Assembly: GCA_020137815.1 (NCBI GenBank)
Contig: CM035358.1
Coordinates: 2,604,001 to 2,668,000 of the forward strand
Source: Hormiphora californensis
Taxonomy: Eukaryota; Animalia; Ctenophora
Reading direction: 5' to 3'
Length of the DNA stretch: 64,000 nucleotides
Position numbers and translations under genes: made by a program. The notes beneath the pieces are model-generated. The model ran no database searches. It was not told the origin of the DNA and saw nothing but the letters and a program-made list of their open reading frames with translations. Of the stretch, positions 18,774 through 28,799 are shown piece by piece; position 1 is the first letter of the stretch, and each line of letters opens with the position of its first letter.

Positions 18774-21700
18774 ATGGGGAAAAAAGGAAACTCCAGAAAA
18801 GGGAATTCGGTCGTTAAGGTTTTTAATATTTTCACTCTTTTCTGAAGCGATAGCTTTTTCCCTTTTTTGTTTAAAAAGAAAAATCGATCGGGGGAAAACC
18901 GGAAAAAACTCCAAAACCTTTCCAAAAAGTATAGCCCCATTTTCCTTTCTTTCAGAGAGCACCGAGAAGAAGAGGAAGATATCGGAGGAGGTGGAAAGTG
19001 TTCAACAGGAAACACCCAAAAGTAGGGATCAGGATGACGTCACAAATACCTCTAATGACGTCACTACTGATAATGTAGCTGAACTTCCGATAAACTCTGG
19101 GGAGGAGGGAAGTGAAGCTAAATCAGTTGGTGAGTGTTCTTGTTATTCGGAAACTGCGTTGTGTTGTTTGAGAGTTAGGCCGGGTCCAGACGAGTGGTAG
19201 GTAGCTACTATGGTAGGCTACCATAGTAAGCTACCATAGTAGCTCGGAACTGACCAGACGAATGGTAGCAAAGCTACTATGGTAGGCTAGCTACCACTCG
19301 TCTGGCCACTCTCTGACACATCTACCATGATACTTCTGTAATCATCGGGGGTATCAAGTTTCTTATGCCCCACAGTAAGATGTGATAACAAGTTACAATG
19401 GTAGGCGGTCAGGGGGTGAACAGACGAGTGACCACCTACTATAGTAGCCTACTATAGTAAGCTACTATGGTAGGCGGTAATACCTCGACCTATAACCGCC
19501 TACCATAGTAGCTTATGGTAGATATAGGTGTACAGACGAGTGGTAGCTATGGTAGATATCTACCATAGTAGCCTACTATAGTAGCTACCTACCACTCGTC
19601 TGGACCCGGCCTTTCATAAACATTCATAAACATTCATAAATAAATTAAGCATTGTACACAAAGTTTCAGCTCAAAAAGAGCTAACACTCAGACACCAAAA
19701 GGAATCGGGTTTTAATGGGCAGCCAAACAACATAGAAAAGCAAAACACCCCTGAATGATTTACTCTCTGAAAACACTCGGATCGTTTCTCCAATCCAACA
19801 GGGAGTTACTGTGCTGAACACTATACCCACGAACCGGTGGCTGGTCAGGGATGGTGGACAGGTATTTACCGAGCGACTGCTTTAGCTCGAGTAGGGAAGC
19901 TGAAGATCTCACTACCCGAGGCACTGCATTCCATAACTGAGCTCCTTTTACGCCGAATGATGAGTCATAGGGGCCAGAGATGGATTTTTGGGCCAAGTAG
20001 TTATACCGAGGGATTACCGCTCTGGTGCCAAGGCGTGGGTGCTCTGTAAACAAGAGACTCGTACTGTTTGGTACTACCTTATGCAAGACCTTCCAGACGT
20101 GGATAATTATATATCGTTCTCGGCGCCGTTGAAGGGACAGGATTTTGAGGTGATGGAGTCTGTCCCAGTAATTCATGCCCGAACAACTCGCAATCCTGCG
20201 GGTGAATTGTCTCTGTGCCTCCTCAACCAGTGCAATATCTGACTTTTTGACAGGGTTCCATAGGGGACAACAGTATTGAACCTGGGGTCTGACGATGGAT
20301 TTGAGTAGGGTTAGCATGGTGTCATCCGATCTATCCCGAAACATACTAAGTGCCCAGCCACTCATCCGACGAGCCTTAGTCGTGATGCTGCCGATGTGCT
20401 CCGACCATGCACAGTTTGTTGAAACAAGGACTCCTAGGTCTTTGACAGATTCGCTAGGGGATATCGTTTCGCCTCCAGGCCCACTGTAGGAGTAGTTTTC
20501 ATTGGAGAATGGCAGCTCTCTTAACAGTTGGGTGGAGCGAAGAGTATAGTTCATAACTTCAAATTTGTCCTGGTGTAGGGACATGTTGTTATCTGTCGCC
20601 CAACGTGCAAACACAGCTAGACTTTTCTGGAGATCCTCTCTATCATCCAATGACTTGATTGCCTTCCACAGCTTGGAATCGTCTGCGAAGGTGAGGACTG
20701 TGCCAGAAAGAAGTGACTCTATGTCTATCATATAGACTAAAAACAACAAGGGACCAATAACTGTACCCTGTGGGACACCACTGATGACCAATTCCTCCCG
20801 AGACTGAGCACCATCTACCATCACTGTTTGCACTCTTTCTGAAAGGAAGTTGTTGATCCAACGGTGTAGCTGTCCCCGAATACCATATTTTTCCAATTTT
20901 GCCATCAAGACCTTGACATCGACTTTGTCAAAAGCCTTCTCCATGTCTAAATACACAACATCCACTTCGTGTCCGTTATTCAGTTCTCTCATGACATTAT
21001 CGTAGTGGTTTAAGAGTTGAGTCAAGCAGCTTCTGTTCCTCCGGAAACCATGCTGGCCATCGTTGAAGAGCCCATTTCCCTCCAGATGATCGACAACTTT
21101 GTTTCTTACAACTCTCTCAAATGTTTTAATCATGTGGGAGGTGAGTGCGACAGGCCGATAATTTTTTGCCTCCATTTTGGATCCTTTCTTAAACACGGGT
21201 GTTATATATTGGCATTTAAGGCATGTTGGTACGACACCCTCATGGAAAGAACAATCCCAAAGTAACCATAAGGGGCATGCCAACTGTTTCCGGCACTTGG
21301 ACAGTATAACCGCTGGTATGTCCCCTGGTGGTGCTCCAGCGTAAGGATCTAACTCAGCCAATGCATCCTCAATACAGCCGGGAGTAAAATCAAGATTGTC
21401 CAGTGTGATGGTCGTAGAAGGAATATCCTTAGTAGCCTCCTCGGCCGAACACTTAGCAGGATCGCTGAATACCCCCACATACTGTGACTGAAGAATGTTT
21501 GATTTCTCCAGGGGATCATCGGTAACTGTGCCATCAGGTCTTAGGAGTGGGGCCACACTAGACTTGATTTTCCGATGCTTGTTCACAAATGACCAGAAAA
21601 ACCGTGGATTACATTTGATAGTGTCAATAGCCTTTCTCTCTCTTCCTTCCAGAAGCCCAAGGAGGTGAACCTTTATCCTATCACCAGTCTTCTCAATTTT

Positions 21701-22323
21701 ACGGTTAAGCTTATCAATCAGGGACTGGTAGGAACATCTCTCCCTAGCAAGTTTTAACCGGGAGTTCAACTTTTTCTGCCTCCTTTTCAATCGTTTCAGA
21801 TAGGGATCCCTCTTCTTTAAATTGCTAAAAACCTTCCGTTTAGAATGCTTTTCGAACACGCCTAGAACAATCTCTGTAATACATTGGACATAGGCGTGGC
21901 CGCCATCTTCCATGTCATATGGAGCTAAGTGTTCGTCCCAGTTGATAGCGTCTAGCTCCTCACGTGCCCCGGTGAAGTCAGCATTGTGGTAATCAAGGCC
22001 TTAATACCTACTATAATATTACTGCTGCAGTGAACACATTGATCCCAGTTCCTAGTAGTGCAGTAATACAGCTGCAGATAACAACTTCTTTCTTCCCAGA
22101 TGACCAAGCAGATGATATTGATGACAGTTCTAAAGAGGGAACAGATGATATTGACAGTATCCAAGAAGGGGAAGATGACACAGTTTCAGAGCAATTTGGA
22201 AAGACTATGGCGAGGATGTCCCAATTAAACAAGGATATTGATCAAGTGTATGAGTATTTGACTTTTTGGAAAAAGAAATTTGACTCAGTAAGAAAAAGTC
22301 ATGCGAGTGCTATGAAAATTTGA
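18774..22323 (+). CDS. Tandem copy 2 of the orphan gene; intron 2 invaded by MITE + LINE; exon 1 degraded or low-quality
   Basis: Exon 2 (~18955-19129) and exon 3 (~22100-22323) are highly similar to copy 1; the 5' region is a homopolymer-distorted version of 16760-17110. Confidence 0.55.
19178..19611. mobile_element. PIF/Harbinger-type MITE
   Basis: Long TIR ggccgggtccagacgagtggtaggtagctacta; tta left flank, matching tta found after the LINE (22001-22003); internal ctaccatagtag repeats. Confidence 0.8.
19614..21996 (-). mobile_element. 5'-truncated non-LTR retrotransposon (CR1/L2 group LINE)
   Basis: RT ORF, 3' tail of (tttatgaatg)n at 19614-19640, ggcctt duplicated at both ends, no endonuclease domain or ORF1. 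Confidence 0.9.
19760..21913 (-). CDS. LINE ORF2 fragment, reverse transcriptase
   Basis: NYRPVALTS, QHGFR, YLDMEKAFDKV, SGVPQGTVIGPLLF, FADD, KDLGV, LQRRRERY motifs; uninterrupted 717 aa. Confidence 0.95.
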   Translation of the reverse strand: MEDGGHAYVQCITEIVLGVFEKHSKRKVFSNLKKRDPYLKRLKRRQKKLNSRLKLARERCSYQSLIDKLNRKIEKTGDRIKVHLLGLLEGRERKAIDTIKCNPRFFWSFVNKHRKIKSSVAPLLRPDGTVTDDPLEKSNILQSQYVGVFSDPAKCSAEEATKDIPSTTITLDNLDFTPGCIEDALAELDPYAGAPPGDIPAVILSKCRKQLACPLWLLWDCSFHEGVVPTCLKCQYITPVFKKGSKMEAKNYRPVALTSHMIKTFERVVRNKVVDHLEGNGLFNDGQHGFRRNRSCLTQLLNHYDNVMRELNNGHEVDVVYLDMEKAFDKVDVKVLMAKLEKYGIRGQLHRWINNFLSERVQTVMVDGAQSREELVISGVPQGTVIGPLLFLVYMIDIESLLSGTVLTFADDSKLWKAIKSLDDREDLQKSLAVFARWATDNNMSLHQDKFEVMNYTLRSTQLLRELPFSNENYSYSGPGGETISPSESVKDLGVLVSTNCAWSEHIGSITTKARRMSGWALSMFRDRSDDTMLTLLKSIVRPQVQYCCPLWNPVKKSDIALVEEAQRQFTRRIASCSGMNYWDRLHHLKILSLQRRRERYIIIHVWKVLHKVVPNSTSLLFTEHPRLGTRAVIPRYNYLAQKSISGPYDSSFGVKGAQLWNAVPRVVRSSASLLELKQSLGKYLSTIPDQPPVRGYSVQHSNSLLDWRNDPSVFRE

Positions 22324-22533
22324 AGGGGCCAGATGTTTTGTAATAAGTATTTCGTGAGTGTGACGTTTCTGTGATGTAGTTGTAGTTGTAGGACGACGTC
22401 GTGTACTGCACCGCCCTATGGCCCTAGAAGTTTGAAGCCTCGTCCTTTTCTAGGTTTGAAGTTTCTACATACGTTTTAAGATTCATCATTGCCCATGCTG
22501 TAATTCATTTGTAAATTTAATGTTTTGTATTCC

Positions 22534-22616
22534 CTGTCTGGCGGCGCCAGACCCCAATTTGATTCTCAAATCTGAGCACGCGACAGTGTGCTCAGATGGG
22601 TCGCGGCGCCAGACAG
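22534..22616. mobile_element. 83-bp MITE with (C)TGTCTGGCG...CGCCAGACA(G) ends
   Basis: Absent from the paralogous 3' region of gene copy 1 (~17905); tgtatt duplicated on both sides; relatives at 43009-43072 and 53425-53481. Confidence 0.65.
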
Positions 22617-23081
22617 TGTATTATAATATTCCAGTTTCAAATTAAAATGGAAAGAGTTGTTTATTATTTATTACGTGGATAAGGCGGTCGAAAGAGACTC
22701 GAATGGGAACTCCAACTTCAATGAACTATTTGGAGGAGTTGCCACTTGATCTAGATCACATCACAACAAAACTGGAAAAAATTGCACGCGCAAATCAAAA
22801 ACGCGCATTTTACATATATTGCGCGGCGTCTTGTCGCGCGCGCAATTTTTTTACTGCGAAATAAAACGAACAAAATTTCTGATCTTTTTTAAAAGACTTT
22901 TCACTTCAGTTTTTTAAAACTGACTTTTCTGACGTCTGACAGCTGACTGAGCCCTGACTTGACTACCACCGGTTCTGGGTTATCAGAAGCCTGCTTCATC
23001 TACTCAAATTATAACCCAGCCACAAGTTAGTCTTTTTCATCCGGATTGATCAGTAAAAAGCTTCTTAGCGCCTCAAAAAAC

Positions 23082-24260
23082 ATGGTGCGAACAATCGTAA
23101 TCGACGAGACGCTGAGGTCTCTTGTTGAAAGCGACCCCATTGAAGAGTGTAGCTGCTTTATTCTTATCGGTAATGTTGTGGAAGAGAAAAGATTCGTCTG
23201 TAGTACGTTCATGGTCCGAACGGGCTCAGATTGTGAAGACGAGTTTGCAAATTCAACCGATCAGTTGCTGTACTCCCTCCCCGGTGGGCTGTATCCCGTG
23301 GGGATATTTTGTAACGAGAAAACCATGCCGTTTCTCAACATTCTGAGGAAAGCCTTCCAGAGGTTACAAAAGTTGGTCTCTGTTAATGAGGTGCTGTTTG
23401 AGCCGTTTGTCATAACTCGTGTCGGGAAGAAGGTTGAGAGCAGGGTCTTATTGGATGGACAATTGAAACCTATCACTCTTCGTTACCAGCCCTTCTTTTC
23501 AACCTGGAACCAAATCTCAACCTACATACGCATCAACAACGCAATCAATCTCCCAAAACTTGACGATTTAAAGAAATGGAAATCATCTTTTCGGGCATCA
23601 ATCATCATTCTTATTAACAGTCTGAGCGCTCTCAAGATCCATTTCCCGGGCAGTAAAACAAAGGACGACAAGAGCTTCCTTGATGACCCGGGGAAAGGAA
23701 AGAATGCCAGCAATGGCAAAACTCTCCAACCCTCCATCATCCTGCCCCTACTACCCAGCGAGATTATCCCATCCAACTCGACCCTCCTTATAGGATCACT
23801 TTACACTCACGTCTACCTGCCACCCAAATGCACGGTCGAACAGGTCAGGGAGATTCTCCTAGAGGACATTGCTAAAAGTCTCTACAGCCGGGGTGAGAGT
23901 TACTGTGAGTTCTTGGATCAGGACGGAAAGGAGATGGGAGCCTCGGAGACCCGGCGACTTCCATACCGTGTTACATTCCCTATAAAGAATGTTGAGCTAA
24001 GTGTGTATCTTCTACAAGATGAGAAGATTTCCCAAGCAGCCCAGGTCGCTACAGACCTATTTGACCTGTACCCAACCTCAATCAATACCTATGAAGAGTG
24101 CAGTGAGTTATGTTTCAATGAGAGTGGGTCAGCATTGTGTTTGGGGGAGGAGGAGGAAGACGGGAGACAGCTGAAAAATATTGTTATGGTTACGCTTGGT
24201 GGAGTTATTGCGCTTCTTGCGTCAGTTGTCATAGCAACTAACACTTTGGAACTTACTTGA
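23082..24260 (+). CDS. ODR4: ODR-4-like ER membrane protein (single exon)
   Basis: MVRTIVIDE start, LPGGLYPVGIF motif, EDIAKSLYSR, LPYRV, C-terminal tail-anchor TM helix. Confidence 0.85.
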   Translation: MVRTIVIDETLRSLVESDPIEECSCFILIGNVVEEKRFVCSTFMVRTGSDCEDEFANSTDQLLYSLPGGLYPVGIFCNEKTMPFLNILRKAFQRLQKLVSVNEVLFEPFVITRVGKKVESRVLLDGQLKPITLRYQPFFSTWNQISTYIRINNAINLPKLDDLKKWKSSFRASIIILINSLSALKIHFPGSKTKDDKSFLDDPGKGKNASNGKTLQPSIILPLLPSEIIPSNSTLLIGSLYTHVYLPPKCTVEQVREILLEDIAKSLYSRGESYCEFLDQDGKEMGASETRRLPYRVTFPIKNVELSVYLLQDEKISQAAQVATDLFDLYPTSINTYEECSELCFNESGSALCLGEEEEDGRQLKNIVMVTLGGVIALLASVVIATNTLELT

Positions 24261-24502
24261 TTTATTAAAAACATGCTGATTGATCATTTCATCTTTTGTT
24301 GGGTTTCTTTGCTTTTTTAATTAAGTTTTTTTTCTGCTCCTGTTGAGTTAAAATTATTTTAAACCAAACTGTGCAGTTTCAATGTCTATGTACTGTACGA
24401 TGTACCTGTCACATGTTCTCTGTGTAATAGAGTATATGACACCTGTCCACACTCGTGCTTGGTTATATTATCCCATTACTATATTTCCTAGCTATAACTA
24501 TC

Positions 24503-25933
24503 ATGGGCCAGCCATATGACGAGCTACTCTACAGCCTGATCATATCTCAACTGAAAGATGATGGCTTCTATGAGGAGGCTGACAGCTTACAGAGAAAAGT
24601 GGTATGTTGTGAAAGTAAAATCCTGAAATTATCCGTCAACAGCTTGTACTTTCTGTTACCCCTCTTCAGATGGCCTAGTCACAATTCATCAATGATATAT
24701 CATTGCATCTCAGACTAGATGCCCGTGTATGATAGTTCCCTCAAACTTTATAGTCATCATGACATCATTACATCATCATCCCTTACCCAGGTGAATGCAG
24801 TTTTTAACATTGAGGCAAGTAGACAACTCAGAAAGATTGTGGAGATCATGTCAGTAACAAATGGGATGTCATGGAGGAAACTAACGACAAATGCCCAGGT
24901 AATACTGGAACATAAGGGGTTTGTGTCATTTATCACTCCCTTAGTAAAAGTTACTACTTACTCTTATTAATTCGGTATTTGATCACACTGTTTAGTGTTT
25001 ATATTTGGTAAGAGCATCCGTTTCCAACCCTATACTTAACCCTGAACCCTCCTCCTTCTCGTAGTGTCCCCAGGGTGTGATCCTCAACCTGAAGGCTGGA
25101 AGTGAAAGTCCAGGAAGGGATACATCCGTTACAACAGAGCTAGATTCAGGGGAAGCTAATACATCTCGTGCTGCTAGTACATCCGCTCTAACAACAGCGG
25201 AGCAGAAGATAGGAGATGTGAGGGAGGGAGGCAGTCAGAGACCTGGAACACATGATAACAGTATGTATAGCTTCTGTTTTAATTGATTTAGTACATTAGT
25301 AGGTACTAGGTACAGGTTGAGACAAACATTTTCAGCCGATGTAATTACCAATTTTAGAACACTGTCTCTATCAGGTTCAGCGCTAGTAGAAGATGGTGGT
25401 GGCGAGGTCATGAAGGAAGAGGGATCTGATGAACAAAAGTGGAAGCGAGAGATGGAACACATGAGATTTGATTTCAAGCTGAGTCGAAAGGTTGATTTCA
25501 AGATTCACAACGTAGATCCAACCAAGAAGAGGAGTGTCGGAGGTGGAAATGGGGAGGAGAAGGGCGCACAAAAACGGATGAAAGGTTCAAATGCTAGCCA
25601 AGGTATGTACAGCATTACAATCACAGGTTGGAAATCTTTATTTTCATGACATTTTATGTTCAATTGTGTTCTTTTTGGGGGTGTCTTTGAAACGATATTA
25701 TATGTCTTGTAACACCAGTTCCTTCAGGCAAGTTCTTCCACATCAAGATGAGTAAAGATTTCTCTAGTCCCACTGCAGCGGAGAAAGGGGGCAAGGGTCC
25801 AGCGACACCCCGGGTTGCACCCCCTCACACAGCCCCACCTCCTCCTCCTGCTAATTCGGAGGACTCCGCTGATAAGAGCAATCTACAAGATTTCCTTCAA
25901 AAGATAACGATCCCCATGGACAAGTTGAATTGA
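24503..25933 (+). CDS. Protein with CstF-50 (CSTF1) N-terminal dimerisation/LisH-like domain and disordered tail, no WD40
   Basis: LYSLIISQLKDDGFYEEA resembles CSTF1 LYKLIISQLLYDGY; exons ~24503-24601, 24791-24898, 25074-25260, 25375-25602, 25728-25933. Confidence 0.6.
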
Positions 25934-26681
25934 GTGGGAGAGATTGTTACATTAGCTAGAGAGAGACAGTGGGAAAGATTGTTACGTTAACTAGAGAGAG
26001 GTATTTAGTTAAACGTAGAGAGATAGTATGACTGTTGGAGTGAAGGTGAGATTAGAAATAGAGAGACTAGAGTGTGAAAGTTCTGAAGAAACTTAACTTG
26101 AAATTGAAGTGTTTTAGTTGATTGAGTGGGTAGATGTTTATTGAAAAGAGTCCGATACATGATATATCGAATTGCTTCGAAAAAGTAGTTTTTTTTTTCT
26201 GTTAACAAATTTGTCGGTGTGTTCGTGTAATTGTCAGTTGTTCATCTTTGAAAAGGTCAAATTTGTTTCTACCTAACTTCCCCCACTATCCATCGTATCA
26301 CGTCCATTTCGATTCGTGGGTTGGGCTGCGGAAGTATCTCACTTGTTACTATTCCAATTTCAGGAAGGGAGCTACTTTAAAAGCTAATTGCCAATCAATC
26401 AATCAATTGGCCCCTCAATTCTCACGTATCGACCCAATTACTCCTTCATAAAACACATCACTGATTGGGGTGTGAGTACATCTGAGACGAGGTGTTCTCC
26501 TAGTTCTCTCATTCAACCTGATCAGCCCCCTCCCATCTTCTCACATTCTGGGTGTGGTGTTTTGAAACAATAGATCTCTCGAGTGTGTGTCTCATGTTGG
26601 TTGTAGCTGTGATTGGAGGGTGTGTGTTTGTAAACATCAACTGACACATTTGGCAAGATTGGTCCTTAGCTTTTAACGTTG

Positions 26682-26892
<211 letters not shown>

Positions 26893-28799
26893 ATCCATCT
26901 CCCCCTTTTACCACCCTGGTCCACCTTGATTGGCGACCAGCTATTAAGGTTTGCTTCCCCTAAAGGGTTTTTTGTTAATTGCTTCCTCTGCTTGATAACT
27001 CCATGTTCTACTCTCCTGGAGCAAAATACTCGCTTGCTTGCTACAACGTTGATTGGCTGACTCAGAGTTTTCCACATACTCACAACCTGTCACCTTCTCT
27101 TCTCCAAAGGAGCCCACATATTCTATATCAGAAAGTTTGTTCAAGCAAACTCGTGATTTGTGTTGCTACCCTTTGATGTGCCTTGGTAATGGTAGTAAGT
27201 TTGACAGGTGCTGCACTATTATACCTGTCTAATAACTCGACTTGTCATCTTGACATTGAGGTTGGGGTCTTTGACAGCATGTTCAGAGTTCTACAAACCG
27301 CATGTTTTAGATTCAGTTTGGAATTGATATGTCGAATTATACTTGTCCTTAATTATCTGATGGTTTTCTTGCTTTGCTTTATGCTTCCCTGTTAACGTTG
27401 CTGTCTCATCACACACCAAGCTCTTTCAGGGGAGGGTAGGGGCTGTCTAGGTGATAGGAAACTGTCTAGACTTTGGACCTAGTTTCCAATCACCCAGACA
27501 TATCTCCGCACTGCATGCTGCCTGATCAGCTATCTGACCACCAAGCTAGGTCTCAATATATCGTCTGACTAGGTTGATCAATATATCAGATATCTGACTA
27601 CCTCGTCTCACATCTGATTTCCTACCATTGTCTAGACGTGTGGGACTGGAGTTGGTTAGTGGCCCTTTTTAATACGGCCATCTGTTGTTATGACGAGGTA
27701 GTTCAGTAATTGTTTCATGTCCCGCCCCTTCAGTTGGTATTACCTCTCTCTTGTTCCAAGTTTCGACCCAGTTCCCTCAAACCACCCCTTACTACAGTTG
27801 TTATATTGCATCCTGCACCTGTTGAAACTTCTTGTACCCTTGGGGCAGTTGTCGAAGCCCCCCCCCCCTACCCAGTTGAACCGCACCTCTCAGTTTCCAA
27901 TTATATTTTATGGTTTTCTCTTTGACATGCTTCGATGTGTGCTCTGTGTCCCATGTATCTTTTGACAAAAATCTCTCTTTCTTTCTCCCTCTCTTTCTCC
28001 CCTCCATCTCTCTCCCTCGCTCTCTCTCTCTACTTCCTGACTTCGCGTGCTCCTTCAATTTGAAGACTTCAAAATTCTCATTTCCTGTTTTACAGCCCCC
28101 TGTAAGGTCTCACTTGGTTATTAGAGACACTTCCGCCACTGTGTGATACACGCTTAGAGAATTTTATAATTAGGGTGCCGTGTGTGTGTGACATATTGTT
28201 TGGGGATCTTCAATTGTTTGGGGATCTTGATTCTTGAATTATTTGACAATTTCCAATTGTTTGGGGATCCTCCGCAGCCCTGTGTTTTAGGTAACGTTAT
28301 CGTGATAGTGATCCGGCCAGTTGTAAGGATTCAGGTGGATTTGCTTTCACCTTTATCTCTCACACGGTATTATTATACACGCCTTGTGTCACCGGATCCT
28401 AATTATTAGAGGCAAGCTACAAACATGGGCTATCACGTGACTTGTCAGAGCAACCAATCGCAGGCCAGGATTTAGGTCACGTGACTTGTCAGTAGCCAAT
28501 AGCAAGCCAGTATTGATGTGTGTGTAATCGAATAGTTTGATTGGGGTAATCGTTCAGGATCCTCTGTCAATTTATCGGTTGATTTCCAGCAGGCCCTTCT
28601 GTACGGTTTAGTTTGTTTGTATTGATTTCTAGTAAAATCATTAATTAATTCATCACTATTTCCCCGCCACCTAACCACCCTATGATATATTTAAATTTTA
28701 TTAAACTAACCACTCCAAACAACCACTAACCACTCTCTCTCCTTTCTAGCTATGACATATTTAGATGTTATCTAACTAACCACTCTCTCCTTTCTAGCT

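Noticed and set aside
18630-18950. Apparently hyper-diverged promoter/exon 1 of gene copy 2
   Set aside because: Differences from copy 1 mostly lengthen homopolymers and stop abruptly, which is typical of a low-quality read end rather than biology
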